From: a virus
DNA length: 64,000 nucleotides
Direction: 5' to 3' (one strand)
Virus record (IMG/VR): IMGVR_UViG_3300010384_000005
Shown here: one piece after another, positions 53,969 through 63,588 of the stretch
Layout: every line of letters starts with the position of its first letter
How positions within the stretch are numbered: the first letter of the stretch is position 1
Position numbers and translations under genes: made by a program
The notes under the pieces: model-generated
Told to the model about the DNA's origin: nothing
What the model saw: the letters and a program-made list of their open reading frames with translations, nothing else
Databases searched by the model: none

Positions 53969-55162
53969 GGAACGGCCTGCGGTCCTCTTTTCGGAGAAGC
54001 GTGTTGCCGCTTCTATGACAGATCTGTCATAGACGTTCTCAGTCATGCGCTTGCTGTGGCCCGCCACCTTTGCGACATCATCTACGGACGCGTCTTTCGC
54101 GCGTCCTTCGGACACCCCAGAGGCGCGTAGATCCCTAGCCCAGATATCCTTCGGAATGCCTGCGGCGATCCGGTCTTTTCTCCACCCATCTCGGAATGTG
54201 CCTTCCCGCCACGGAAGCGCCGTCTGCTCATTCACGATAATTGGGCCAACTCTCTTGTCCAGCGGCCAGTGCTCAAGCTCTTCCAATACCATAGGAGCAT
54301 TGTAGAGGGGATATTTGATCTTCTTTCCCGTGGTGTCTTCGGTCTTCGAGGGTGTGTAGGTGAGGATCATATCGGAGTCGATGTCCTCCCACCGTAAGCC
54401 GATCCATTTCTCCTCACGCTTTTCATTGACGATATCGGAAATGCCCTCGGCGTTAATCGGAACCCATTGCCCAATCACATCCCAAAGGCGTAGGAGGCTT
54501 TCATAGACGATCGCATAGGCAAGGGCAGCAGATGGCCTGCCACGCGCGTGTGCGGCCTTTCTAGCGGCAACGACCTGATCGGCAGTTAAAACCGCCGTAC
54601 GGGGCTTTATTGAAGGAATGTCCTTATTCGTCTCCAGCAGGATTGCCATAAAATCTATGCATCCCTCGGCTTTGGCCTGGATGCCAAATGAGACGACGGC
54701 ACGCAAAATCGCTCGGCACATATGAGACGCAGCCAAGTGCTCGCCCTTTGAAGACCATGTGCGATGCCATTGCTTGATATCTAGGCCGCTCACAGCGTCG
54801 ACACGACGGGCACCGATATGGGATTCCATTCTAGGCAGATAATGATCGTATGGAACTTTTGATGACGGCTTTAGGGCATGATATTCGCTTTCAGGATGCT
54901 TCTGATACATCGTGAATAGCGACCGAAAGGTTCCGTCAAACTCTAGGGCATTACGCCTATAGCCGGCGCGCCAGAGCTTCATTTCAGCTTGCAGGACTTC
55001 ACATTTTGCGATCAGGATTTCCGGCTGATCGCGATACATATTCAAATTGAGCGTTTTTGGGGTGTAGCCTGCCTTCACCACCTCTTCATCGGCCACCCAA
55101 TAGGGTGTTTTCTTATTGCCGCGTTTGATCCATTTCAGGCCTTCCGCCTTTGTCTCTTCCAT
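53951..55162 (-). CDS. int: Tyrosine integrase
   Basis: YESLLR, PSKT, WARDLRASG, VAGHS....VYDR: R-K-(H)xxR-H-Y catalytic set. Confidence 0.9.
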   Translation of the reverse strand: MEETKAEGLKWIKRGNKKTPYWVADEEVVKAGYTPKTLNLNMYRDQPEILIAKCEVLQAEMKLWRAGYRRNALEFDGTFRSLFTMYQKHPESEYHALKPSSKVPYDHYLPRMESHIGARRVDAVSGLDIKQWHRTWSSKGEHLAASHMCRAILRAVVSFGIQAKAEGCIDFMAILLETNKDIPSIKPRTAVLTADQVVAARKAAHARGRPSAALAYAIVYESLLRLWDVIGQWVPINAEGISDIVNEKREEKWIGLRWEDIDSDMILTYTPSKTEDTTGKKIKYPLYNAPMVLEELEHWPLDKRVGPIIVNEQTALPWREGTFRDGWRKDRIAAGIPKDIWARDLRASGVSEGRAKDASVDDVAKVAGHSKRMTENVYDRSVIEAATRFSEKRTAGRSGNDNK

Positions 55163-55419
55163 GCTCCCTCATCCTCTTCTCCGTCTGGAACGCCCTTGCC
55201 CGTTTTCGGCAAATGGAAATAATTATCGTAGAATAGCTTGAGCAGCGGTACTGGTCGACCACCATGCATCTGGTCGACCTTGGGGAAACCGGGGATTTTC
55301 TCAAGAGCCGGTAGGCGTGTCTTACGCCATTGGTCCGCATTCGACTTCCCGACCAGAGCAACAGCGATCTCCTGATCGGTAGCGAACACCGGCAATGTGT
55401 CGAGAGGCGAAGGCGTCAT
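55135..55419 (-). CDS. Putative excisionase
   Basis: Small ORF overlapping the int start. LPVFATDQEIAVAL...GFPKVD..HGGR. Call based on position. Confidence 0.6.
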   Translation of the reverse strand: MTPSPLDTLPVFATDQEIAVALVGKSNADQWRKTRLPALEKIPGFPKVDQMHGGRPVPLLKLFYDNYFHLPKTGKGVPDGEEDEGAWKRQRRKA

Positions 55420-55673
55420 TCTTCCTTCTCCCCGCTGTTGTCCTTTTGTTCCTGCAATAAAGTGGGGGCGGAGTCCGAGAGGGAAACAGCAGCCCGAATT
55501 TCCCAGGAGGGATTGCGCAAATTTCGGGATGAAAACCATAGGGCTGTCTCGGTTCCGTCATCATGCTGGAATGACAGAAACCATCGTGAATCGCCCATAT
55601 GCTCTAGATGCGCTCCCTTGGTGGAGACGATCTCGTCGAGCTTGCCATTTACGAATTCGCGGCGGTCCATCAC
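55416..55673 (-). CDS. Hypothetical protein
   Basis: Coupled ORF, LDEIV....HLE.M....W...motif. Confidence 0.65.
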   Translation of the reverse strand: MMDRREFVNGKLDEIVSTKGAHLEHMGDSRWFLSFQHDDGTETALWFSSRNLRNPSWEIRAAVSLSDSAPTLLQEQKDNSGEKEE

Positions 55674-55843
55674 TTCCCCGCCTCCTCGTTAAGAGCGGCG
55701 CGGCCGGCGGTCTGGCATGATTGAGTGCTGACGACCGAATTGAACCCTACTACTACTTGGCCAGCAGCTTTCCCGACCTGATCTCCAGCGCCGAACAGGA
55801 TGAAAAGGAAAATCACAAAGACGACATAGCCGATGTCACGCAT
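55670..55843 (-). CDS. Small membrane protein (57 aa)
   Basis: Manual translation MRDIGYVVFVIFLFILFGAG..., GGAGG RBS. Confidence 0.5.
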   Translation of the reverse strand: MRDIGYVVFVIFLFILFGAGDQVGKAAGQVVVGFNSVVSTQSCQTAGRAALNEEAGK

Positions 55844-56135
55844 CAGTCCCTCCCAGCTTAGAGAGGAGGGCGCGGGCGGCGCGAAGACTTCCGATCTGGA
55901 AATCGTGCGCCCATGCTACCTGATCATTGTCGCTCTCATCGGGATCGTAGGAATTTGCAGCTTCGGCAAACGGCTCCAGTACCTTCATAACCTCTTCCAT
56001 CACCTCTGCTTGGCGCTGGCGTTCGGCCAAAATTGCTTTGGCTATGACGGTAGGCTCGTCCTTTAAGGGCGTCCTTGAAAGAGTTCGCGAGACTGCCGCA
56101 GCGGCCTGCATGATATCGTCCGGTATCTCGCTCAT
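55836..56135 (-). CDS. Hypothetical phage protein
   Basis: IPDDIMQAA...IAKAILAERQR...LEPFA motifs. Confidence 0.7.
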   Translation of the reverse strand: MSEIPDDIMQAAAAVSRTLSRTPLKDEPTVIAKAILAERQRQAEVMEEVMKVLEPFAEAANSYDPDESDNDQVAWAHDFQIGSLRAARALLSKLGGTDA

Positions 56136-56434
56136 TGCATCGGCCCTCCGTTGGCGATCCCTTCGGCTTGGGCGCGCGCTTGGGGGATGTAGGAGGTAAC
56201 GAATGCCTCAAGCTCATCGTGGACCAAAGGAGCATCGATGACGAAGGAATGCAGAATTCCCATAAGCCCTGTCAGGATACCGCCCGTCACGACCTCGATT
56301 TGCTCGGCCGGCTGAAGACTGCGGAAGTCTGGATTGTTGAATATGGACATGCCCAGAGATGCGACCTTTCGGCGGATCTCGTCTGCCATCGCATCGGTCT
56401 TGCTGTTGGGATCGAAAGGTTTGGGTGCGCTCAT
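56132..56434 (-). CDS. Hypothetical protein
   Basis: GAGGAG RBS, ATGA coupling. Confidence 0.7.
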   Translation of the reverse strand: MSAPKPFDPNSKTDAMADEIRRKVASLGMSIFNNPDFRSLQPAEQIEVVTGGILTGLMGILHSFVIDAPLVHDELEAFVTSYIPQARAQAEGIANGGPMQ

Positions 56435-56622
56435 GGCTTCTCCTCGATTTCAACGGAGGCCGTGAAGCTGTTATATCCGGCCGGCCGGTCAAAGGCGTCA
56501 TAAGCTGGGCTGGCGCTGATGATGACGCTCGCATCCAGGGCGCTTCCGCCTCGCACCCGCTCGACATAACGCGCGATTGCCAACTTCACTTCCTGTTCGG
56601 ACAAGGTGACGGTTATCTTCAT
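56431..56622 (-). CDS. Small hypothetical protein
   Basis: GGAG RBS, coupled. Confidence 0.6.
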   Translation of the reverse strand: MKITVTLSEQEVKLAIARYVERVRGGSALDASVIISASPAYDAFDRPAGYNSFTASVEIEEKP

Positions 56623-56774
56623 TTCTCCCTCCCTTCATTGGAGGGTGGAGGGGTAGGGGCGCGCTCCTGCTTCCTTGCTCTGGCGACGATCAGCAACTCC
56701 TTCTGAAACTGCTCTTTAGATATCTTTCCGGCCCGGTAATCTGACCTGATATTTGCCTCTGCGGCATCGATCAT
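56619..56774 (-). CDS. Small hypothetical protein (51 aa)
   Basis: Manual translation MIDAAEANIRSDYRAGKISKEQFQKELL... fills the gap and overlaps the next start. Confidence 0.45.
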   Translation of the reverse strand: MIDAAEANIRSDYRAGKISKEQFQKELLIVARARKQERAPTPPPSNEGREK

Positions 56775-56785
56775 TTCTGTCCAGA

Positions 56786-57154
56786 TCATCTCCCCACCTC
56801 CGAAGCGGTCTTCTGATCCGCTGGGTAGGCGGCCTTGCGGATTTCCTCGACCGTCGCCACATCAATCCAGAACGATCCGTTGGTGTAGCCGATGGTGTCT
56901 TCTGGCGACATATGATCCATGCTGTCCGACATTCGCTTCAAGAGCGTGGAGTAAGCAGGAGCAGGAGCAGGCGAGCGAGGCAACGTCGCCATCAAATAGC
57001 ACGTCCAGTTCAGGTTCGCCTTTTCCCAGAAAGCACGGGCTTCTTCCTCGTTATCGAAGGCGGCCAAATCCATTTGCGGGTCATCGAATATGACGACGAA
57101 CTGCCGCTTGGGCTGATCCGACGGCTGGCACCAGATTTCTTGATGTTCGCTCAT
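56786..57154 (-). CDS. Hypothetical phage protein
   Basis: F.D.E.A...A......NW.C.L motif, coupled operon. Confidence 0.68.
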   Translation of the reverse strand: MSEHQEIWCQPSDQPKRQFVVIFDDPQMDLAAFDNEEEARAFWEKANLNWTCYLMATLPRSPAPAPAYSTLLKRMSDSMDHMSPEDTIGYTNGSFWIDVATVEEIRKAAYPADQKTASEVGR

Positions 57155-57269
57155 GGCTTCTGCTCTTCGCTAGAGGGGGACGGTGGAGAGGCTTTGCGAT
57201 TTTTGAGGTTGATCTGACATTTCTGGGTCCCATCCTCTTTTCGTCTTTCGAGGTTGATACGGTCACTGT

Positions 57270-57737
57270 TCACTCCCTTGCTCCGTCGCTAGTCCGATCG
57301 ATCCGTGTAGTGGACCCAATACTCGGAGCGGATCGATCGGACGGGCTATGAATCTCCCCTTCGGCTTTAGCTTTGAGGGAGGCGATCATGGCTCGCGTTT
57401 CATTGGCCGACAGGAGCGGAAAGGGCATCATCGTCCCGACGCTTTCGAGCTTGCCGCTGGAAATGTCCCACACAGGCAGACCGCGCCTCAGGGCCGTCTC
57501 TATCTCCGTAGCCACGCCAGACCCTATCGAGCCGTCTGGGAAGCGCAGGAATGCAAGACCATCGCAATCGTTGACCACCCCTTTGAAGTGCCCCATCCCG
57601 TACATGAGGTAGGCGGAAGCGTGATGCGGTTGGTCGGGGTTCTCGACTTTCCATCCGTTCGCACGAAGGAGGTCGATTGCCTGCGCCTGACGGGCGCTGC
57701 CGTAGTCAGTCACGGGGTGAGCGAGATAGACCCTCAT
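57270..57737 (-). CDS. Nucleoside 2-deoxyribosyltransferase-like (NDT/DUF4406) protein
   Basis: RVYLAHP...G..V.NP...CD.L......S.GV..EI..A...GLPV flavodoxin-like signature. Confidence 0.7.
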   Translation of the reverse strand: MRVYLAHPVTDYGSARQAQAIDLLRANGWKVENPDQPHHASAYLMYGMGHFKGVVNDCDGLAFLRFPDGSIGSGVATEIETALRRGLPVWDISSGKLESVGTMMPFPLLSANETRAMIASLKAKAEGEIHSPSDRSAPSIGSTTRIDRTSDGARE

Positions 57738-58537
57738 GCCGATGCTCCCCGGCGCATGCAGTCCTTGCACATCGGTGCGAAGAGATCGCCTTGGCCCTTG
57801 CTTGGCTTAGGAGCAGGTTGTCCCCAGCCGAACCCGTGCAACCTCAATGCCTCCTTTTCCAGGTCTGTCAGCCATTCGTGCCACTTCGGGTAGATGACGG
57901 CAGCTTCTTTCCGCTCCTCGTCGCTCTGCATCGTGCCACACATGCATTCGCCCGAGCGGCAAAGCTGAACGGCCACCGGGTTGATCGGTGTCTGGCATCG
58001 CTCCAGATACTCGTCGCGGTCCTCTTGCGTCCAATCATGGATGATGTTCACCCAGATGTTTCCCTTGGACGCAGGGTCCTGACGATAGAGCTTCAGGTTC
58101 TTCTTGCGGTTTTCGCTCTCGTCCTTGCGTGCGCCGTTAAGGAGAAGGACACGGACGCCGCGCTTTCCATGCCTGATCTCGCGAGACACTGCCTTACGGA
58201 ATGGTGTCGCCTTCAGTACCCGGTAAGCAAAGCCGTGGGCATCCACACCCTTGCCGAAGAAGCCCTTGCGAAGAACGTAGTCTTCGTAGGCGGTTCCGGC
58301 GTCGGCCTCGACGTACTCGCCCTTGCGGCCATAGACATCGCGGACAAACTCTGTCGTCTCCGGGATGCCGCATCGCGTGTTGCCGTGGATGACGAAGTCG
58401 ATCTTCAGGCCAAGCTCGCGGGCCACCTGGTCGGAAGCAGCGCTGTCCTTGCCACCCGATACCATCGAGACGATGTGCGTCGGATTGTATTCCTCAATCG
58501 CCTTTTTAACGATTTCTGAACTGGATTCGATTTTCAT
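57734..58537 (-). CDS. PAPS reductase-family (adenine nucleotide alpha hydrolase) protein
   Basis: VSGGKDS PP-loop, G.R..ES, NII.DWT..D...Y, SGECMCG. Confidence 0.85.
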   Translation of the reverse strand: MKIESSSEIVKKAIEEYNPTHIVSMVSGGKDSAASDQVARELGLKIDFVIHGNTRCGIPETTEFVRDVYGRKGEYVEADAGTAYEDYVLRKGFFGKGVDAHGFAYRVLKATPFRKAVSREIRHGKRGVRVLLLNGARKDESENRKKNLKLYRQDPASKGNIWVNIIHDWTQEDRDEYLERCQTPINPVAVQLCRSGECMCGTMQSDEERKEAAVIYPKWHEWLTDLEKEALRLHGFGWGQPAPKPSKGQGDLFAPMCKDCMRRGASA

Positions 58538-58776
58538 GCGGCTAACTCCCGGATTTGACAGGGGGAATTGACGGGCTCATGTTCCCGCGACTTCTGGGGG
58601 AACGGTTTATGAAGGGTCTGATAAGCTTCGACTTGCTGCGGCTGGACGGGTATGAGCGCAAGGGCGGCGGTGAGGGCTGCACGCATTGCAAACTCGCTCG
58701 GATAAAGCGCCGTCTCTGGCAATTCCGTAACATAAGCCTTGCGAGCGGCTTCGATCATTTCAGGTGTCGGTTTCAT
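58534..58776 (-). CDS. Hypothetical phage protein
   Basis: PTPEMIEAA...AL.AALA motif. Confidence 0.65.
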   Translation of the reverse strand: MKPTPEMIEAARKAYVTELPETALYPSEFAMRAALTAALALIPVQPQQVEAYQTLHKPFPQKSREHEPVNSPCQIRELAA

Positions 58777-58930
58777 TTCCACGTTTCCCTCTCGGCCTCG
58801 GCACTGGCGACGGCCTCATAGATGTTCTTGGATGTCCACCGCTTGCGAGGTTCAGCGCAGGCAGCGATTGCTATGGCGATCAGGAGAAGAATCGCGAGTG
58901 ATGGAGAGCGGGGAGTCATGTGCCGCACCA

Positions 58931-59320
58931 TCACTTCAAATCCACGTCGGGAATGATGACGGAAGGTTTGAAGATCACTTTGTAACGATAGACGCTGACC
59001 GGCATGGGTTCCAGCTGCTCGACGACGTATGTCACATTGTCAGAAAGGCCAGCAAAGAACTTCTTGTAAGCTCCAGGTCCGGTTTTGCAGGTGATGGAAA
59101 TCTCGCGGGCCTTATCAGCGTTCCCGAGGGAGCAAAGCCCTTCGACAGACAAGAGATAGTTGTCTGTAATTCCGTTGATGACCACAATCCGGCGGTTGAC
59201 TTGGAAATTGTCGGCCGCTGTCGATATGTTCTGAGATGCCACGTCTGCGTCATTGCAGCCGGAAAGCAGGGCGCCAGAAACGGCCAATACAGAGAATGCC
59301 AACATGATAGGCTTACGCAT
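58931..59320 (-). CDS. Conserved phage lipoprotein
   Basis: Lipobox LSGC, then ADVASQN.S.AADNF...RRIV..NGIT...L...G.CS. Confidence 0.78.
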   Translation of the reverse strand: MRKPIMLAFSVLAVSGALLSGCNDADVASQNISTAADNFQVNRRIVVINGITDNYLLSVEGLCSLGNADKAREISITCKTGPGAYKKFFAGLSDNVTYVVEQLEPMPVSVYRYKVIFKPSVIIPDVDLK

Positions 59321-59322
59321 GA

Positions 59323-59763
59323 TCAATAATCCTTTTCGGAAGGTGCGGCGCTTTTCGCCGGCTCGAACATGTTTCGGTATGGCAGGCTCGGCTTAGGCTG
59401 CCGGCGCAATGCCTTTTCGGATTTGGGGAAAGGTGCGGAGCGGATCGGCTTGGAGGCGCGCGTTTTGAGTCCGTTGGCACGATTATACTGCCGCTTCGCC
59501 TTGGCGATCTGCTTCACGTCCTGATTGGTCTTGCCACCATCGCCACGGTGGCAACAATCGCGGCCGAGAAGTTGGCCCTCCGCAATCGTGATAGGCCTTT
59601 GCTTGTCCGCTTCCGGTCGGAGGGCCTCAGCTATGATATGGTCGATCTCGTAGGGTTTGGCGCCTAGGACGAGGCCGCAGCGCTCGCAGCATATTTTTCC
59701 GTCCCGCTTTGAGCGTTCGACTATCTGTTCTCGTTGGTTTCTTGTGAATTCTCGGCGGGACAT
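59323..59763 (-). CDS. HNH endonuclease
   Basis: RREFT...CE.CG.....YEIDHII...CC.H...KT..D...IAKAKR. Confidence 0.75.
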   Translation of the reverse strand: MSRREFTRNQREQIVERSKRDGKICCERCGLVLGAKPYEIDHIIAEALRPEADKQRPITIAEGQLLGRDCCHRGDGGKTNQDVKQIAKAKRQYNRANGLKTRASKPIRSAPFPKSEKALRRQPKPSLPYRNMFEPAKSAAPSEKDY

Positions 59764-59764
59764 G

Positions 59765-59947
59765 TCAAATCCCCGCCAGCCTGGCGCAGCCATAGCTCAT
59801 CGCAAAAACGACGATAGACGCAACAAAAGAGGCTAGAACGGTATCGGGATCAGCATCCGCTGATTTGAATACGGTCCAATATGATCCAGATATTCCCAAG
59901 AGGAACAGGAGGGCGGTCACGAAATAGGCGATAGCGGTTGCGATCAT
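59765..59947 (-). CDS. Small membrane protein
   Basis: Two TM helices, GGAGG RBS. Confidence 0.6.
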   Translation of the reverse strand: MIATAIAYFVTALLFLLGISGSYWTVFKSADADPDTVLASFVASIVVFAMSYGCARLAGI

Positions 59948-60378
59948 GCCGTACCTCCGATCTTGTCAGAGGAATTTTCAAGCCGTTCCCAATATTGTTC
60001 GAGTTCCCGTGCGAACTGTTCGCAGCGCTCCCAAAGATTAAATAGGCAGGCTTCTTTCTCCGTCTCGAAGTAATGGCCGCGATAGACACTATCTGTCCAT
60101 TCCCGCCCATCTGGAGAAAACCGTAGTTTCTTCCAACCGTGTTCTGTCTCTGTCTTTTCTCGGATGATTATCTTTTCGACGCCGCGACCGTTTACATTAT
60201 AAAACGTGCCCAGTTGGACGGTGCCCCATTCCTTGTCGTAGCCACCAAATCCAAACTTAGCTACAGGCTTAGCCTCGGTAGGCCAGCGCAAAGCCAAAGT
60301 ACGCTTCATTGCAGCCATTTCAGCGCTAGCGGCCTCTACAGCCCATTTTGGCGACGACGTTCTCCAATCTTTGCTCAT
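59944..60378 (-). CDS. Hypothetical protein
   Basis: GGAGG RBS, ATGA coupling. Confidence 0.7.
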   Translation of the reverse strand: MSKDWRTSSPKWAVEAASAEMAAMKRTLALRWPTEAKPVAKFGFGGYDKEWGTVQLGTFYNVNGRGVEKIIIREKTETEHGWKKLRFSPDGREWTDSVYRGHYFETEKEACLFNLWERCEQFARELEQYWERLENSSDKIGGTA

Positions 60379-60665
60379 GCCGCGCCCTCCAACCTGAAAA
60401 CTGGCTGTCCGTCGATAATTCTTGCATATTGCGGATTGCGATACAGACGTGGGCCGTAATGGGAGAGCCCTTCCGTGAGCAGATAATCAATCTGATCTCC
60501 GTTTTGGGTGTTTTCGGCTTTCCAGCGCCACTGCTTGCGCCCGTCAAATACGCTGCAGGTTGGGACCGTTAGGACGCGGACCTCAATATTCGCAAACATC
60601 TCGCATTCGTAGATGATGTCGCCTATTGCAAGATGCTGGATTTCTTCATCTCGGATGCTGGTCAT
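60375..60665 (-). CDS. Hypothetical phage protein
   Basis: Start moved to MTSIR (GGAGG RBS). GDIIYECE...GPRLY motif. Confidence 0.7.
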   Translation of the reverse strand: MTSIRDEEIQHLAIGDIIYECEMFANIEVRVLTVPTCSVFDGRKQWRWKAENTQNGDQIDYLLTEGLSHYGPRLYRNPQYARIIDGQPVFRLEGAA

Positions 60666-60666
60666 A

Positions 60667-61818
60667 TCAGCCTCCAATCTCTTCAACAGAGCAATCCAGC
60701 CATTCGGCGTACTGCTCCAATGCCGATTCACGCAGTCGGTGGAAATCTGCCGACGGCGCTTTGATCTGTGCATCGGCGCTTTCAAAGAATGATCTGATGT
60801 AATCATGAAGTTCAGCCGGAAGCTGTTTCTTCCAAATATCTTTGGCTGCAACCAAAACACCACGCCTAGCCTGTGGTGTCTCCAGCGTGTCATCCACCGG
60901 GATAGACATCAGCTTCTGGCAGCATTCGATCAGATCGGCTCTATCCGTGGGGAAGAGCTTTTGCTGAGGCGAAGAGGGGGCGTCCGACAACGACGGGGAC
61001 GATACGTCGTCGGACGCAGCAGAGGTTAAGGGCGAAGCCTCTGCATTTACCGGCTCACTGGATGAGGGGGAGGAGCCGGATTCGGTAATATCTGTCAGGA
61101 TTTCGCCGTTGAGAGCGGTTTCCGTCTCGGAGTGGACAAAGGAGGCGTCGAAGCCTTCTTGCTCGTCAGTAGCTTCCTGAGAGGCTTGGGCGGCGCGTAG
61201 GCGCTGCATGACGGAAGGTTGTGGCGTAATGTCCTTGGCATTGTCGGGGCCAGTAAAGCTTTCCACCTCGTCACGATCATAGACGCCAAGGATCACCTCA
61301 GGCGTGTACCGCCGAGCCCATGAACGGCCCGTGTAGTAGCATTGCTGCTGGTCCGAATCCGACTTCCATAGAGGGGAGTTCTTCGGAGTGATGTCCTTCA
61401 GTTTTGGCGATCGTACGGATAGGACGACACCGTCAAGCTTGCCGGATGCGATGCAAACACGATCAGGACCTTCACCTTCAAACTCATAGGTAATCCGACC
61501 TTCGATGCCAGAACGGGTATTCACGACAGCGACTATGAGTTGAGCCTCATAGGCGATCTGACCATTGACCGAATAGGACTTTGATGCGACTGCAAAGGGG
61601 TTCATCTGCCAGTCCAGCGCCTGAAGGGCTACGGCCATACATGCGCCTGCGTTCCCACGCAGATGCTTCGGTAGAGCGATATCCGCACGGCACATAACCT
61701 CAGCGAACTTCACAACTTCGGAAAGGTTCTGTGGCGCAATCTTGGCACCTGTAGAGCCGCTGGATATACCAACGGCATTCATCGGCAGGCGATCAGTGGA
61801 TTCTGCAAGCTGGTTCAT
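60667..61818 (-). CDS. recT: RecT-family single-strand annealing protein
   Basis: PKHLRGN.G.C.AV..QA..W.MNPF.VA...Y.VNG...YEAQL...L.Y...R.W.R.Y.P.VILGVY. Acidic C-terminal extension. Confidence 0.85.
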   Translation of the reverse strand: MNQLAESTDRLPMNAVGISSGSTGAKIAPQNLSEVVKFAEVMCRADIALPKHLRGNAGACMAVALQALDWQMNPFAVASKSYSVNGQIAYEAQLIVAVVNTRSGIEGRITYEFEGEGPDRVCIASGKLDGVVLSVRSPKLKDITPKNSPLWKSDSDQQQCYYTGRSWARRYTPEVILGVYDRDEVESFTGPDNAKDITPQPSVMQRLRAAQASQEATDEQEGFDASFVHSETETALNGEILTDITESGSSPSSSEPVNAEASPLTSAASDDVSSPSLSDAPSSPQQKLFPTDRADLIECCQKLMSIPVDDTLETPQARRGVLVAAKDIWKKQLPAELHDYIRSFFESADAQIKAPSADFHRLRESALEQYAEWLDCSVEEIGG

Positions 61819-62873
61819 GCTGCCTCGCGATCTTGCGTAGTAAGGAAGTTGTCGAGGCGCTCTTTGGCCCAAGGCTTAAGCTGGATACGGCGCTCGCCAT
61901 CGTTGAAGGGCCGCGCTCCAGGCCACTCGCCAGTATCCAAGCAGCGCCGGATAGTGCGAAGGCACCAGCGAACGACACGTTCGCCGCGGTCGATATCGAA
62001 TTCATCAATCTCAACATGCGCCGTATCGGGCACGTCGTCGTTCAGGACATAGAGAAGGGCGAAGGTGTCAAAGGGCATGTTGAGCCCACGGCAGACCATG
62101 CGGGTGATTGCGGCCTGCAGATAGTAACCTGCGTCGAAAATCTGACGCTCAAGGAAGTCTTCATCGAACTTGCCGGCCGTTTTCAGATCGGCGTAGACGC
62201 CATCGGCCTTCGGAATCACGTCAGGACGAGCGCGAAGCCAAATCCCGGTTTCCGGATCTTTCCAAAACATTGACCGTTCGATCCGACCATTCAGGATGCC
62301 TTCACGAACAAGAGGATACTTGCTGGCATCGGCATGAATGCGTCGGATACGATCGAACTGATCGGTTGTGATGACTGTGAGCTTCTTCTTCTGGGCATCA
62401 GCTAGAAACGCCTTGCAGTCATTGGCATTGGCGTTCCAGGCGCGACGTTCCTTTTCAGGAAGTGTCAGATCTTCGATGCGATGATCTGGCCGAACCGTGA
62501 ACCGATCCTTGAAAACTTCATCACCTAGCAGAAGGCAATGTGTCGCCTTGCCGAAATCCAATGCTTCGGTGGTCTTCGGATCGACATGATCCTTGTTCCA
62601 CTGCCAGCGTCCCCAGAAAGCCTTGGGAGAACCGCCATGCGTTGGTATAAGCCACTTCAAGGCGCTCTTGGAGACAGAAGGGCCGTCGAGAAGATCGGTG
62701 TTGCCGTGATAATCATCCAGGCTGATACCGGCATAGACGCCGTTCTGGGTGATAGTCTTGCCATCCCAGATACGTTCGCCGCGCTTGGCTGCCAAATTGC
62801 CGATGATACCCTGAGGACCGGATAGCTCGCCTATGCTTTTGGCGCTTCCCGGCGGATCGATAATCTTCGCCAT
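61815..62873 (-). CDS. recE: RecE/exonuclease VIII-like PD-(D/E)XK nuclease (DUF3799)
   Basis: DYH......SKS, FGKATH..LL, ERSMFW.D.ETG..LRARPD...DLKT...GYY.QAA. Adjacent to recT. Confidence 0.85.
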   Translation of the reverse strand: MAKIIDPPGSAKSIGELSGPQGIIGNLAAKRGERIWDGKTITQNGVYAGISLDDYHGNTDLLDGPSVSKSALKWLIPTHGGSPKAFWGRWQWNKDHVDPKTTEALDFGKATHCLLLGDEVFKDRFTVRPDHRIEDLTLPEKERRAWNANANDCKAFLADAQKKKLTVITTDQFDRIRRIHADASKYPLVREGILNGRIERSMFWKDPETGIWLRARPDVIPKADGVYADLKTAGKFDEDFLERQIFDAGYYLQAAITRMVCRGLNMPFDTFALLYVLNDDVPDTAHVEIDEFDIDRGERVVRWCLRTIRRCLDTGEWPGARPFNDGERRIQLKPWAKERLDNFLTTQDREAA

Positions 62874-62905
62874 TACGGCTAACTCCTGTTGAAATTGGTG
62901 GTTGG

Positions 62906-63118
62906 TCAGCGCCGGAACGCGACCTGTTCCTGATTGCGCAGCGTCCAGTCGTGATCTGCTTGTCGGGCCATAGGGACCGAGACAAAGGCGATGACGATCA
63001 CGAGGCAGACGAGCCAGATGGCGGTTACTGTTCGCCAGAAGTCGCGATCACGATCCTGTTGGGCTTTGAGGATTTTAGCGTTGGTTTCAGCCAAGCGGGC
63101 TTGAATGTCGGTCATCAC
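62906..63118 (-). CDS. Small membrane protein
   Basis: One TM helix, GGAGG RBS. Confidence 0.55.
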   Translation of the reverse strand: MMTDIQARLAETNAKILKAQQDRDRDFWRTVTAIWLVCLVIVIAFVSVPMARQADHDWTLRNQEQVAFRR

Positions 63119-63588
63119 CGGCCCTCCGCTTTCGCGATGACCTCATCGATGTAGACAAGGTCAATCTTCTCTTGGTCAGAAAGCTGGCTGCGGGCGTCTT
63201 TCAGGCATTCGAGCAAGCGCGAGGAGGTTTCCTCGGCCTTTTCCGCGCGAGCCCGCTGCAGCCGGATATCGGCGTATGGATCGCTCCTCATCCTGTTGAC
63301 TCTGTCGATGGCGTCCCAGACCCATGAGTCCATATCATCGTAGATGTCTCGCAAATCATCAGCATCGTTTGTGCTGCCGAAATATCTCCGATCACCTTCA
63401 TCTTGGATGTTGTCCGTGACGTGAACGATCTTGTCCCGCGTCTTACTGACCAGCCTGAGAAGGGATCGGTATTTGCCCTTGTAGAGATTGCGTTCCGCTT
63501 CGAGTTTCTCGATAACGGTGCCTCGGCGATCCATTTCGGAGGCGATTTCGTCTATCGATGCCGTGCGGGATGAATGAACTACGGACAT
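63115..63588 (-). CDS. Hypothetical phage protein
   Basis: GGAGG RBS, TGATG coupling, LL..LK.....I....IAKAEG ending. Confidence 0.65.
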   Translation of the reverse strand: MSVVHSSRTASIDEIASEMDRRGTVIEKLEAERNLYKGKYRSLLRLVSKTRDKIVHVTDNIQDEGDRRYFGSTNDADDLRDIYDDMDSWVWDAIDRVNRMRSDPYADIRLQRARAEKAEETSSRLLECLKDARSQLSDQEKIDLVYIDEVIAKAEGR

